Of a stretch of 64,000 bases of DNA, positions 9,217 to 19,216 are shown in pieces. Each line of letters opens with the position of its first letter. Within the stretch, counting starts at the first letter, position 1. The notes under the pieces are model-generated. The model had not been told where the DNA came from, made no database searches, and worked only from the letters and a program-made list of their open reading frames with translations. Both the position numbers and the translations under genes were made by a program. The stretch is from Gemmatimonadales bacterium. GTDB taxonomy: Bacteria; Gemmatimonadota; Gemmatimonadetes; Gemmatimonadales; GWC2-71-9. The DNA is taken from contig JBBCJC010000001.1 of NCBI GenBank assembly GCA_037189525.1, positions 416,001-480,000 on the forward strand. The letters are read 5' to 3'.

Positions 9217-10848
9217 ATGCGTCGCATCCGAACGCTCACCACCCGCTTCGTCGCGGCCCTGCTGCTCGCCGCTCCGGCCGGGCTCGGCGCGCAAGCATAC
9301 GACATCGTCATTCGCAACGGCCGAGTCCTGGACGGGATGGGCAATCCCTGGGTCCATGCCGATATCGGGATTCGGGACGGCAAGATCGCGGCAATCGGCC
9401 GGATCACCACCAAGGGCACCCGGGAAATCGACGCGTCCGGCAAATACGTCACCCCCGGCTGGATCGACATGATGGACCAGTCCGGCGGCGTCCTGCTCCG
9501 GAACGGTCTGGCCGAAAACAAGGTGCTCCAGGGTGTCACCACCGCCATCGGCGGCGAAGGCGGCTTTCCGGTTTCCGCCAGCGAAATCCCGAAGTACTTC
9601 CAGACCCTGGAGAGCCAGGGCATCAGCATCAACTTCGGCTCCTACTACAGCCAGACCCAGGCCCGGACGCCCGTCCTGGGTGGCTCGACCCGGCGCGAGC
9701 CCACTCCGGCGGAACTGGTGCGGATCCGCGCCTCGATCGATTCCGCCATGCGCGCCGGCGCGATGGGGATGACCACGGCCCTGATCTATCCGCCCAGCAG
9801 CTACACCACGACGCCCGAACTGATCGAGAGCGCCAAGGCCATCGCGCCCTATGGCGGAACCTACGCCAGCCACATCCGCGGTGAAGGCGCCGAACTGCTC
9901 GAGGCCATCGGCGAAGCCATCGAGATCGGTGAAAAGGCCGGCGTGGCGGTCGAGGTCTTCCACCTCAAGGCTGCGTACCAGCCGGGGTGGGGCAAGCTGA
10001 TGCAGGGCGCCTTCGATCTGATCGAATCCGCTCGTGCACGCGGCATCGACGTCGCCGCCGACCAGTACCCCTACACCGCCGGTGGTACCGGACTCGAAGC
10101 CACTATCCCCTCCTGGGCCTTCGAGGGCGGTCGTGATTCGCTGCGCGCCCGGCTCACCAATCCCCAGATCCGGGCCCGGCTCAAAGGCGAACTCAAGACG
10201 GGGTCGCCGGGATGGTGGAACATCACCGAAGCGGCCGGCGGCTGGGACGGTGTGGTGCTGACGGCGGCGCGGAGCCAGCAGTATGAGCAGTACCAGGGTA
10301 AGAGCATCGCGGCCACTGCCAAGGAACTGGGCAAGGACCCCGCCGATGTGGCGTGGGACATGGTGCTTGCCGGGCAGGGACGGGTCATGGCCATCTATCA
10401 CATGATGAGTGAAGAAGACGTCAAGACCGCGCTTCGCTTCCCCTGGGTCAGCATCGGCAGCGACGCGGGCGCGTCGCTCTCGCTGGGCGCGACCGAAGCC
10501 GCCGGCCTGGCCCATCCACGCGGCTACGGTACGCACCCGCGGATCATCGCGAAGTACGTCCGGGACGACAAAGTCCTGACCCTGCCGGATGCGATTCGTA
10601 AGATGACGTCCTGGCCGGCCACCCGGATGAAGCTGGCCAACCGCGGATCGCTGGTGGTGGGCAACTGGGCCGACATCGTGGTTTTCGACTACGACACGAT
10701 TCAGGACGGGGCCACCTGGGAAGAGCCCACCAAGCTGCCGACGGGCATCGACTATGTGCTCGTCAACGGTAAAGTGGCCGCCGAGCACGGCAAGCACAGC
10801 GGCGTTCGATCCGGAATGGTCCTGTACGGACCCGGGAAACAGCCCTGA
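9217..10848 (+). CDS. N-acyl-D-amino-acid deacylase family amidohydrolase, secreted
   Basis: IRNGRVLDGMG, ADIGIRDGKI, SHIRGE, FHLKA, DQYPYTAG, GSDA, HPRGYGT; GAGG RBS before ATG 9217. Confidence 0.9.
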   Translation: MRRIRTLTTRFVAALLLAAPAGLGAQAYDIVIRNGRVLDGMGNPWVHADIGIRDGKIAAIGRITTKGTREIDASGKYVTPGWIDMMDQSGGVLLRNGLAENKVLQGVTTAIGGEGGFPVSASEIPKYFQTLESQGISINFGSYYSQTQARTPVLGGSTRREPTPAELVRIRASIDSAMRAGAMGMTTALIYPPSSYTTTPELIESAKAIAPYGGTYASHIRGEGAELLEAIGEAIEIGEKAGVAVEVFHLKAAYQPGWGKLMQGAFDLIESARARGIDVAADQYPYTAGGTGLEATIPSWAFEGGRDSLRARLTNPQIRARLKGELKTGSPGWWNITEAAGGWDGVVLTAARSQQYEQYQGKSIAATAKELGKDPADVAWDMVLAGQGRVMAIYHMMSEEDVKTALRFPWVSIGSDAGASLSLGATEAAGLAHPRGYGTHPRIIAKYVRDDKVLTLPDAIRKMTSWPATRMKLANRGSLVVGNWADIVVFDYDTIQDGATWEEPTKLPTGIDYVLVNGKVAAEHGKHSGVRSGMVLYGPGKQP

Positions 10849-10933
10849 TACGAACTGCGTTTCATCCGTCCGGCGTCACGGTGGCGCCGGACGGAACCTC
10901 TCATCAGCACCTCCGATTCTCACGGACCCACCC

Positions 10934-11950
10934 ATGAAACGGCGCACGTTCATTCGGAACCTGTCCTCCGCAGGCATCGTGATGGGTAGCACGCTGCCGC
11001 TTGCATTGACTCGGCGGACTAAACGGTTCCCTGCCCCGAAGCTCGACGCGCACGCCCACAGCATGAGTCCGGCTGTCGTCGACATGATTGCCAAGCTGAG
11101 CGGCGGACGCAGTCCGGTCACGGCTCGCGACGGAGCCGCGATCCTGGCCGAACTCGATCGCGACGGCATCGAACGGGCACTGGTACTGTCGACCGCGTAC
11201 CTGCATGCCAATGATCTCCGGCCGGCCGAGGGTACCCCGTCGTTCGAGAGCGAGTGGGCGGCGGTACGGGCGGACAATGATTACGCAGCAAGCGAGGCAC
11301 AAAAGTCGAATGGTCGGCTGCTGCCGTTTGCCGGCATCAATCCCAAACGGCCGTACGCCCTGGAGGAGATTGCCCGAACAGCCGACCAACTCGCCATCCG
11401 CGGCCTCAAGCTGCATTTCTGGAACTCCGATGTGCGCCTCCGCAACCCGGAGCACACCGCCGCGGTCCGGAAGGTGTTCGAGCTCGCGGCCGATCGTAAT
11501 CTTCCGATCGTCGCCCACATCTTCAACGGTTTCGTGCGCGACTTCGGACCGCCCGATATCGAGATCCTGCTCCGCGATCTGGTCGACCCGACTCCGAACC
11601 TCCGGCTCTGCGTTGCCCACCTGGCAGGAGCAGGCGGCTCGGACGAGCGGGTGGTCGCGTCGCTGCGCGCGCTGGTCGACGGCGTTGACGCATCTCCCAC
11701 CCGACGGGAACGGATCATGGTGGAGTGCTCCGGCGTATTCATGACCGAAGCGGAAGGGCCGCTCAAGCCGATCACCCCCGAGCGCAAACCCGAGTTCGCT
11801 GCCCTGCTCCGCCAGCTTGGCACCGATCGGATCCTCTGGGGCAGCGACAATTTGCCCCACGCCTTCCGTCAGATCGAAGGCGCCTGGCCGCTCGACGCCG
11901 ACGAGTGGGCCACGATCGCCGCCAATGACGGTCGCGCCCTCTGGCGCTGA
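10934..11950 (+). CDS. Tat-exported amidohydrolase_2 family protein
   Basis: MKRRTFIR twin-arginine leader, DAHAH, GLKLH, AHLAG, WGSD. Confidence 0.85.
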   Translation: MKRRTFIRNLSSAGIVMGSTLPLALTRRTKRFPAPKLDAHAHSMSPAVVDMIAKLSGGRSPVTARDGAAILAELDRDGIERALVLSTAYLHANDLRPAEGTPSFESEWAAVRADNDYAASEAQKSNGRLLPFAGINPKRPYALEEIARTADQLAIRGLKLHFWNSDVRLRNPEHTAAVRKVFELAADRNLPIVAHIFNGFVRDFGPPDIEILLRDLVDPTPNLRLCVAHLAGAGGSDERVVASLRALVDGVDASPTRRERIMVECSGVFMTEAEGPLKPITPERKPEFAALLRQLGTDRILWGSDNLPHAFRQIEGAWPLDADEWATIAANDGRALWR

Positions 11951-11974
11951 ACCCGCTTCCATTCCCCGAAAAGC

Positions 11975-12008
11975 AAACGTCCCCCTCGGAACTTCGAGGG
12001 GGACGTTT
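11975..12008. terminator. probable bidirectional intrinsic terminator
   Basis: Perfect 14-bp stem AAACGTCCCCCTCG / CGAGGGGGACGTTT between convergent genes. Confidence 0.75.
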
Positions 12009-12029
12009 CACAACCGGACCGACCGCCCG

Positions 12030-13148
12030 CTATTTCGATCCCCGCGCCTTCCAGGCAGCAATGACCTTCGCATCCCGCTCCAGATTGAGCGGCAGCTTGT
12101 CACGCTCCGCCTGCGGCAGCGACTGGAACCACTCGAGCGTGTCGACCGCAGTCACCGCGAGCGGACGGAAGGTGAGCCCTGCCGCCACCGCTTTGTGCGA
12201 TCGTACGTTCATGATACCCCGCGCCGGGCTGGCCGGCGGAACCACCAACTGATAGCGCGCCTTCTGCTCCGTCAGAAACGGCTCGTCGATCCAGGTGAAC
12301 GACGTCCGCGCCTGCGTGGTGGCCCGAATGCCGTAGAGAAACTCTGCCATCGTCGTCGGATCGAGCGTCGGGCCCGCCGTGTTGTAGATACCGGCGTTGT
12401 TCCGTTCCACCGAATGAATCGTGAACTCGGCCAGATCGCGCACGTCGATGAACTGGACCGGCGCCGACTGCGGCCCGGGAGCGACGATATCGCCACCGGC
12501 ATTGATCCGGACCGGCCAGTAGGTGAACCGGTTGGTCGGATCACCGGGGCCTGCCACGATGTGAAGCCGCAGGACGGTGCCGCGTGACTTGAAGCGGTCC
12601 ATCACCGCGTTCTCGCAAAGCACCTTGAGCGCGCCGTAGTGCTTGTTGACGTCTTCGCTGCCGGGCTCGGTCAGTTCGAGCAGCTTGGCAGTTTCCGGTA
12701 ACGCGTCCTGATCGGGCGCATAGACCGATCCGGTCGAGATGAACAGGTACCGGCCCACAGCCTGATCGAGGAGCTTGGCGGAGTCGATGACATGCCGCGG
12801 CACATAGCCGCTGTTGTCGATCACCGCATCCCACTTCTTGCCCTTGAGCGACTCCAGGTTGCCATCCCGGTCGCCGGTCAGCAATTCAGCGCCAGGGAAA
12901 AGATCCGCGTTGCTCCGGCCCCGATTGAACAGCGTGACCTGATGGCCGCGGTACATGGCATACCGCACCATGTGCGGGCCGATGAAGCCCGTTCCACCCA
13001 GAAACAGGAGCCGAAGCGACTTCGACGGACTCGGCACTGCGACCAACGGCCGCGCTTCAGCCGCGAGCGGCCGAATGTGAGGGATTGCAAGCGCTCCGGC
13101 CGTCGCGCCGAGAGAGCTGTTCAAGAACTGTCGGCGTGTCCACGCCAT
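12030..13148 (-). CDS. Tat-exported NAD-dependent epimerase/dehydratase (isoflavone-reductase-like)
   Basis: TRRQFL leader, GGTGFIG, FNRGR, YGALK, VQFIDVRDLA. Confidence 0.9.
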   Translation of the reverse strand: MAWTRRQFLNSSLGATAGALAIPHIRPLAAEARPLVAVPSPSKSLRLLFLGGTGFIGPHMVRYAMYRGHQVTLFNRGRSNADLFPGAELLTGDRDGNLESLKGKKWDAVIDNSGYVPRHVIDSAKLLDQAVGRYLFISTGSVYAPDQDALPETAKLLELTEPGSEDVNKHYGALKVLCENAVMDRFKSRGTVLRLHIVAGPGDPTNRFTYWPVRINAGGDIVAPGPQSAPVQFIDVRDLAEFTIHSVERNNAGIYNTAGPTLDPTTMAEFLYGIRATTQARTSFTWIDEPFLTEQKARYQLVVPPASPARGIMNVRSHKAVAAGLTFRPLAVTAVDTLEWFQSLPQAERDKLPLNLERDAKVIAAWKARGSK

Positions 13149-13325
13149 TTCCTGCCTCCGTCAAATGTGGGATAATCTCTACTTTACGGAATGCAGTCGG
13201 GATTTGTGTCGCCGTCACCGGGAAAACGCCGGTACCTGATCGACGTCGGCAACGCACTACCCCTCGATGAATCACAAATCCGATCTGCCGGTGCTTCGAA
13301 CGTCAGATCGGATCGCCATCTGCCG

Positions 13326-14528
13326 CTAGCCAGAAAGCTCAGCGGCCAGCACCTCGGCAAGGATGTCGAGCCCCGCCACGATCCGGTCCTCGGGCATGCT
13401 CGAGTAGTTGAGCCGCATCGTATTCTCACCCCCGCCGACGGCGTGGAACGGCGCACCCGGCACGAACGCGACATTCCGCTCGAGCGCCCGGTTCATCAGG
13501 ATGCGCGTGTCGACGCCCTGCGGCAGCTCGGCCCAGGTAAACATCCCGCCCGCCGGCCGATTGTACTTGACGGACTTGGGAAACTTCTCGGCCATGACCC
13601 CGAGCATCAGGTCCCGGCGGCTCCGATACAACGAGCGGATCCGCGCGATGTGATCCTCGATATCGTACATTTCGAGATACTCGTTGAGTTCTGCCTGTGC
13701 CAACGAGTTGGTGTGCAGGTCGGCGTTACCCTTGAGGATATTGAAGCGGGCAATCACCTCGCTGCTCGCGGCGAGCCAGCCGATCCGGAACCCTGGACAG
13801 AAAATCTTGGAGAAGGTGCCCAGGAAGAGCACCCGTCCTTCGGTATCGAAGGCCTTGATTGGCGGCACGTGCTCCCCTTCGAAGCGCAGGGCGCCGTAGG
13901 GACTGTCCTCGACCACGATGAGATCGTACCGGTTGGCAATTTCCACCAGTGCCTTACGCCGTTCGAGCGACCAGGTCTTGCCGGTCGGGTTCTGAAAATC
14001 CGGCACGACGTAGATGATCCGGCTGCGCGGATTACTCTCGAGCACAGCCAGCAACTCGTCCATCACCATCCCGTCGTCGTCCATCGCGACGTCGGCAAAG
14101 CCGGCCTGAAACGAGTTGAAGGCTGCGGTTGCGCCGAGGTAGGTGGGACGCTCACAGATCACGACGTCGCCCGGATCGAGAAAGAGCTTGGCTGCAAACT
14201 CGAGCCCCTGTTGCGACCCGCTCAGCACCAGGATGTTGTCGCCCTCGGTCGGGGCGCCGGCCGCCGTCATGCGCGCGGCAATCTTACTCCGAAGCGCCGG
14301 GTTGCCGGCCGTGTCGTTGTACTGCAGCGCGGATCGCCCGTACTTTTCGAGTGTCTGTACCGCCGCCGCCTGCAGCTCAGCAACCGGAAACAATTCCGCC
14401 GCCGGCAATCCGCCCGCAAAGGAAATCATGCCGGGGCGCAGAGTCACCCGTGCAAACTCGCGCAGAATCGAAGGACCAACCCCGTCCATCCGGCTCGCGT
14501 ATCGCAGTGTCGACGCCAACTCCGTCAT
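13326..14528 (-). CDS. PLP-dependent class I/II aminotransferase (LysN-like)
   Basis: ISFAGGLP, GSQQGL, FQNPTG, EDSPY, GTFSK, GFRIGW. Confidence 0.92.
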   Translation of the reverse strand: MTELASTLRYASRMDGVGPSILREFARVTLRPGMISFAGGLPAAELFPVAELQAAAVQTLEKYGRSALQYNDTAGNPALRSKIAARMTAAGAPTEGDNILVLSGSQQGLEFAAKLFLDPGDVVICERPTYLGATAAFNSFQAGFADVAMDDDGMVMDELLAVLESNPRSRIIYVVPDFQNPTGKTWSLERRKALVEIANRYDLIVVEDSPYGALRFEGEHVPPIKAFDTEGRVLFLGTFSKIFCPGFRIGWLAASSEVIARFNILKGNADLHTNSLAQAELNEYLEMYDIEDHIARIRSLYRSRRDLMLGVMAEKFPKSVKYNRPAGGMFTWAELPQGVDTRILMNRALERNVAFVPGAPFHAVGGGENTMRLNYSSMPEDRIVAGLDILAEVLAAELSG

Positions 14529-15652
14529 CCCAATACCTCCGTAAGCACTCGCTCGAAATTCCGGCCGGTAATCTTGTCCACCTGATCGGCCGAGTAACCC
14601 CGTTTGCGCAACCCGTCGGCCAGGACCAGCATCCGATCAGGCCCATTGAGTTCCGCCGGCCTGACGTGCGTCGGAATCTGCTCCGACCCCGGCCGATCCC
14701 GGTTATTTTCCATGTACCACCGCATCCCGGCAAGTTCCTGCTCGAGCGATGCGACACCGAGCGCCGGACCATCGCTCGCAAACCCGACATGATCCACACC
14801 GGCCAGCTTGACCGCGTGGTCGATGTGGCGGATCACCGTGTCCACCGATGCGGTCGGGTCGCGCGTCAGCCACAATGACATCGAGAAGACGCCGAAGAAG
14901 CCCCCTCGATCCGCCAGGAGCCGGATTTCCGGATCGGCCTTGCAGCGCAACGTCGAGTACAGCGCGCGACACCCGGCATGCGTTACCAGACACGGCTTGG
15001 ACGACCGGGCAACGGCCTCGCGCAGAGTTCGATCGCTGCAATGGGACAGATCGATCCCCATCCCGAGTCGGTTCATCTCGGTCACCACATCTTCGCCGAG
15101 ACGACTGAGGCCGGCATCACTGCGCTCCTGATAGGAGTCGCCCACACCGTTTCGATCGTTGTGCGCCAGCTGGAGCATCCGAAGGCCCATGCCGTGGAAG
15201 CTCCGGAGCGTAGCCAGGTTCGCATCATTGACCGACCGCGAGGGCGAGCCCAAAATGGCCGCATCCTGGCAGGTCAGCACGATGCCCAGCTTACCGGATG
15301 CCGCAGCGGCATCGAAGTCGGCGCCGCGCCGGATCAGGTGGAACCGGCTGGCGGGGTCACTCACGGCCGCTCCCCATGCACCAAGCGTCTCGAAGGCCAC
15401 CGGCATGGTGCGCGGATACATCGACAGGTCGATGACCAGGCTGGTAAAACCGCCGGCTAGCGCCTTCGCGGCATCGAATCGCGGCGAGTCGATTGCCAGG
15501 CAGTCGATCCGCGAAGGTCGCACCTGCGGAGCTACGGATGCAGCCGCAACACCATCGGCACGGGCAGCCATCAACCCCGCTCCAGCCAGCGCTGCCTGAC
15601 GGACAAAATCCCGCCGGGTCGACCCGAAGTTATCGTTGGCCTTTTGTGTCAT
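14525..15652 (-). CDS. Tat-exported membrane dipeptidase (peptidase M19 family)
   Basis: TRRDFVR leader from ATG 15652 (overlaps the sigma stop), GLRMLQLAHN, IDLSH, THAG, HIDH, FASD. Confidence 0.85.
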   Translation of the reverse strand: MTQKANDNFGSTRRDFVRQAALAGAGLMAARADGVAAASVAPQVRPSRIDCLAIDSPRFDAAKALAGGFTSLVIDLSMYPRTMPVAFETLGAWGAAVSDPASRFHLIRRGADFDAAAASGKLGIVLTCQDAAILGSPSRSVNDANLATLRSFHGMGLRMLQLAHNDRNGVGDSYQERSDAGLSRLGEDVVTEMNRLGMGIDLSHCSDRTLREAVARSSKPCLVTHAGCRALYSTLRCKADPEIRLLADRGGFFGVFSMSLWLTRDPTASVDTVIRHIDHAVKLAGVDHVGFASDGPALGVASLEQELAGMRWYMENNRDRPGSEQIPTHVRPAELNGPDRMLVLADGLRKRGYSADQVDKITGRNFERVLTEVLG

Positions 15653-16218
15653 GCCGGAAGCTCCTGATGAAGCCAACCTTTGGCCTTGACCCAGTCTCGG
15701 CGGACCGTCCTGGTCGTTAGGCCGAGCGCAGCTGCCGTCTCCTCTTCCGTCATACCGCCGAAAAAGCGGTACTCGACCACCTGGCTGAGCCGAGGATTCA
15801 ACTTGGCAAGCTTTTCCAATGCATCGTCGAGCGCCACCAGCACCCCGGCCCGCTCCTCGACCTCGATCTCGACATCGTCGAGTTCCAACCGATTCCAGCC
15901 GCCACCGCGTTTGGCAGCGCCGACCTTGCGTGCATGGTCGATCAAGATTCGACGCATGACACGAGACGCCACCGCGAAGAACTGAGCCCGGTTGATCCAG
16001 TCCACCCGAGTCTGATCGACCAGCTTGAGCCAAGCCTCATGCACCAGCGCATTGGTGGCGAGAGTATGCCCAACGGATTCACGGCTCAGATGGCGATGGG
16101 CAATCCGGCTCAACTCTTCGTAAACCAGCGGAACCAGAGCGTCGAGCGCCTCCGGTCGACCATTCCGAAAGTCGATCAGAAGCGCGGTAACCTTGGCGGT
16201 GGGAGCGCTGCTATCCAT
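15649..16218 (-). CDS. ECF sigma factor of the kinase-associated (ECF43-like) type
   Basis: LVPLVYEEL, HTLATNALVHEAWLKL, MRRILIDHAR, VEYRFFGGMT, TVRRDW..AK.WL. Confidence 0.92.
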   Translation of the reverse strand: MDSSAPTAKVTALLIDFRNGRPEALDALVPLVYEELSRIAHRHLSRESVGHTLATNALVHEAWLKLVDQTRVDWINRAQFFAVASRVMRRILIDHARKVGAAKRGGGWNRLELDDVEIEVEERAGVLVALDDALEKLAKLNPRLSQVVEYRFFGGMTEEETAAALGLTTRTVRRDWVKAKGWLHQELPA

Positions 16219-16230
16219 CCCGGGAAGATA

Positions 16231-19110
16231 TCATTGGCCCGCCTGATTTCGGGCCCAGGCGCGGTCGGCATCTCGGGCCAACACAGGAAAGCGCACCCGG
16301 ACCGAATCCAACACCCTCCGGGCATCGGAGAGATGCCGCGCCGCATCCGTCCGCCGGCCCGCCCGATCGAGCGCCATTCCATAGCCCAGATTGGCCTCGG
16401 CCGTCCTCGGATCCGCCTCCCCAAACTGTTTGCGATTGAGCTCGAGCCCACGCCCGAGGGCAGAATCCGCAGCCTCCAGCCGGTTCATGGCCAGCAGCGT
16501 CCGCCCCAATCCGACCAGCGCTGGCCCAAGCCGAATTTCTGTCTGAGGCAACCCCGCTTCGAACTGCCCGATGACCCGACGATACAGCGCCTCCGCTTCC
16601 TCCGCCGTGCCTCGTTCACGAAGCGTGGCAGCCAGCCCGGTCGTGACCGCCGAAGTAAAAGGGTGATCCGGCCCCAAAGTCCGCCCGTACATCGCCACCG
16701 CGTCGCGATAATAGGGCTCCGCCGCCGCGGGATTGCCTTCCCGGAAATAGGTGCCCGCAAGACCGTTCAGAGTGAAGGCGACGCGGGTGTGCTCCGGTCC
16801 CATCAGCTTGCGATAAATCACCAGCGTCTGCTGATAGGCCGCACGCGATTCGGCAAATCGTCCCCGGTCGAGCAATGCGTTGGCCAGATTGACCATGCTG
16901 GCAGCCACGTAGGGATGCTCTTCACCAAACAGCTTCCGATCGAGCGCCATCGCCTGGCGGAACAGGCTCTCCGCCTCGGCAAACTTCTGTCGCTCCCGAA
17001 GCAACTGACCGAGATTGTTGAGATGCACCGTAATACTCGGATGCGCCTCCTCGAAGACCGACCGCTTGAGCGCCAGCGACTCCCGAAAAAGCACCTCCGC
17101 GGAGTCGAGCTGCCCCAACAGTTGCTTGGCTTGCGCCAGGTTGTGAATCGTCTCTGCCAGCTTGGGGTGGGTCGGACCTAACGCCTCCCGGTCGATCGCA
17201 ATCGCCTGGGCATAGAGCGACTCTGCAGCGGCATAATTGCCGGACAACCAGCTCAGCACGCCCAGATTGTTGAGGCTTTCACTGATTGCAGTAGGTGCCG
17301 ACGGGGTCAACGCACGACGCACGGCCAGCCCCTCTTCGAAGAGCGACCGGGCCCCGTCGTAATTCCCCTGCTCCTGCAGCGTCGTTGCGAGCCGGTCGAG
17401 GCTGGTGGCGAGTGCCGCCTCGTGCACGGGATGGGATCGCCGCACCACGCGATAGCTCTCCACCGCAGCCCGCAGAACCGGCTCGGCCTCGGTGTACTTG
17501 CCTTGTCCCAGATAGGCTTCGCCGAGCGCGGTTTTGCTCTCGGCGACTGCGGCATGATGTCCCGGCATCCCGGACCAGAGCGCAACCGACCGTTCGAGTA
17601 GCGGAGCCGAGCGATCATACATGCCAAGATTCGAATAAACCCGGCCCAATACCGTCAGCATCTCGGCCTGCAGAGGCGGGTCGTCCGTCAGAGTCGAGTC
17701 CACCACTCGGCTGCCACGGTCGAGCAACTCCAGCGCCGTGACTTCGCGCCCGCGCTCCGGCGACGGATCGTAGGGATCAGACGCCCCGAACACGCCGACC
17801 AGGAACTCCTTGGCGGCAGCAGCCGTGCTCGCCTCGGACTCCGCACGCGCACGTAACGAGCGTTCACGCACCGCCGACCCCAAGATCAAAGCCCCGAGCA
17901 AAACACTACCTGCTACGGCATACCGATGCCGGCCCACGAACTTCCGCGCCCGATATCCTACCGTATCCGGCCGCGCCAGCACCGGCCGCCCTTCTTCATA
18001 GCGTCGGAGGTCGTCCAGCAGCTCCGCAGCCGAGTGATAGCGCCGGGCCGGATCTTTTCGGAGCGCCTTGAGGATGATGGTATCGAGATCACCCCGGAGC
18101 CGGCGGCGAGCCGTGTCGGGCGAGACCCCAGCCCCCATCGTGTTGATCACAGCCGTCGACGGACGAGGCGGCTCCGTTTCGCAGATGATCCGCTCGATGT
18201 CGCCCAAGCCCCGCCCGGCAAGCTGATAGGGACGCTGACCTGCCAGCAGTTCGAACAATATCACGCCGAGCGCGTACACATCCGTAGCTGGCGTGACCCG
18301 ACCGCCCTTTACCTGCTCTGGACTGGCATACTCCGGCGTCATGACCCGCATCCCGGTCCGGGTCAGCGGCACCAAATCCCGGCTCTCGTCCTCGTCCAGC
18401 AGCTTGGCAATGCCGAAATCGAGCAGCTTGATCTGACCGGTGGGCGTTACCAGAATGTTGGAGGGCTTGAGGTCGCGATGCACCACCAACTGTTCGTGGG
18501 CATACTGCACCGCCGCCGCCACATCCCGCATCAACCGGAGCCGTTCCGGAATCGAGCTGGCCGACTCGGCGCAATGGCGGTCGAGCGGCTTCCCGTCGAC
18601 GAACTCCATCACGATGTACGGGGTACCGTCGGGAGCAATGCCGCCGTCGAGCAGCCGGGCAATCCCGGGGTGGTCGAGCGTTGCCAGGATCTGACGCTCG
18701 TGGCGGAACCGCCGGATCATCGGCTCCGACGCCAGCCCGCGCCGGAGCACTTTGACGGCCACCTGCTTCCGGAACTGGTCGTCGTCCCGCTCGGCCAGAA
18801 AAACCGCCCCCATCCCGCCCTGACCCAGCTCGCGGACGATCCGATACGGACCGACCCGTGTCAGCCGTTCGGCCTCTCGCTCGCCGCTAGCCAGGTTTTC
18901 CAGCAGGGAGCCCGCCAGCGCGGCCGGCGGATCGGGCAGGCGGGTCGGCTGGCCGCAGGCAATCAGCAGCCCCTCTACCGCCCCCCGAAGGGTGTGATCC
19001 TCCCCGGCGCGTCTGGCCACGTGCGCCATCCGATCCGACTCGGGCAGGTCGAGCGCCTCGTCGAGGAGGTCCTCGATCTGCTTCCACCGCTCCGGCGAAA
19101 CTGTCCTCAC
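16231..19110 (-). CDS. membrane Ser/Thr protein kinase with C-terminal TPR repeats
   Basis: LGQGGMG, VAVK, HRDLKPSN, DFGIAK, TPEYASPE, one TM segment, kinesin-light-chain-type TPRs; GTG 19110 preceded by GGAGG. Confidence 0.94.
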   Translation of the reverse strand: MRTVSPERWKQIEDLLDEALDLPESDRMAHVARRAGEDHTLRGAVEGLLIACGQPTRLPDPPAALAGSLLENLASGEREAERLTRVGPYRIVRELGQGGMGAVFLAERDDDQFRKQVAVKVLRRGLASEPMIRRFRHERQILATLDHPGIARLLDGGIAPDGTPYIVMEFVDGKPLDRHCAESASSIPERLRLMRDVAAAVQYAHEQLVVHRDLKPSNILVTPTGQIKLLDFGIAKLLDEDESRDLVPLTRTGMRVMTPEYASPEQVKGGRVTPATDVYALGVILFELLAGQRPYQLAGRGLGDIERIICETEPPRPSTAVINTMGAGVSPDTARRRLRGDLDTIILKALRKDPARRYHSAAELLDDLRRYEEGRPVLARPDTVGYRARKFVGRHRYAVAGSVLLGALILGSAVRERSLRARAESEASTAAAAKEFLVGVFGASDPYDPSPERGREVTALELLDRGSRVVDSTLTDDPPLQAEMLTVLGRVYSNLGMYDRSAPLLERSVALWSGMPGHHAAVAESKTALGEAYLGQGKYTEAEPVLRAAVESYRVVRRSHPVHEAALATSLDRLATTLQEQGNYDGARSLFEEGLAVRRALTPSAPTAISESLNNLGVLSWLSGNYAAAESLYAQAIAIDREALGPTHPKLAETIHNLAQAKQLLGQLDSAEVLFRESLALKRSVFEEAHPSITVHLNNLGQLLRERQKFAEAESLFRQAMALDRKLFGEEHPYVAASMVNLANALLDRGRFAESRAAYQQTLVIYRKLMGPEHTRVAFTLNGLAGTYFREGNPAAAEPYYRDAVAMYGRTLGPDHPFTSAVTTGLAATLRERGTAEEAEALYRRVIGQFEAGLPQTEIRLGPALVGLGRTLLAMNRLEAADSALGRGLELNRKQFGEADPRTAEANLGYGMALDRAGRRTDAARHLSDARRVLDSVRVRFPVLARDADRAWARNQAGQ

Positions 19111-19140
19111 GTACCCTCCATCACCCGGCAAATCGGCAAA

Positions 19141-19168
19141 TGTCCGGTTTGGGCAACCCACGACGCGT
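19141..19168 (+). promoter_or_regulatory. putative ECF-type promoter TGTCCGGTTT-N14-GCGT
   Basis: A near-identical bipartite motif with the same spacing lies at 24854-24881 on the minus strand. Confidence 0.5.
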
Positions 19169-19216
19169 CTGTTGGTGACGGCCAATATAGAACCTCAGAA
19201 TAGGACCTGATTCACC

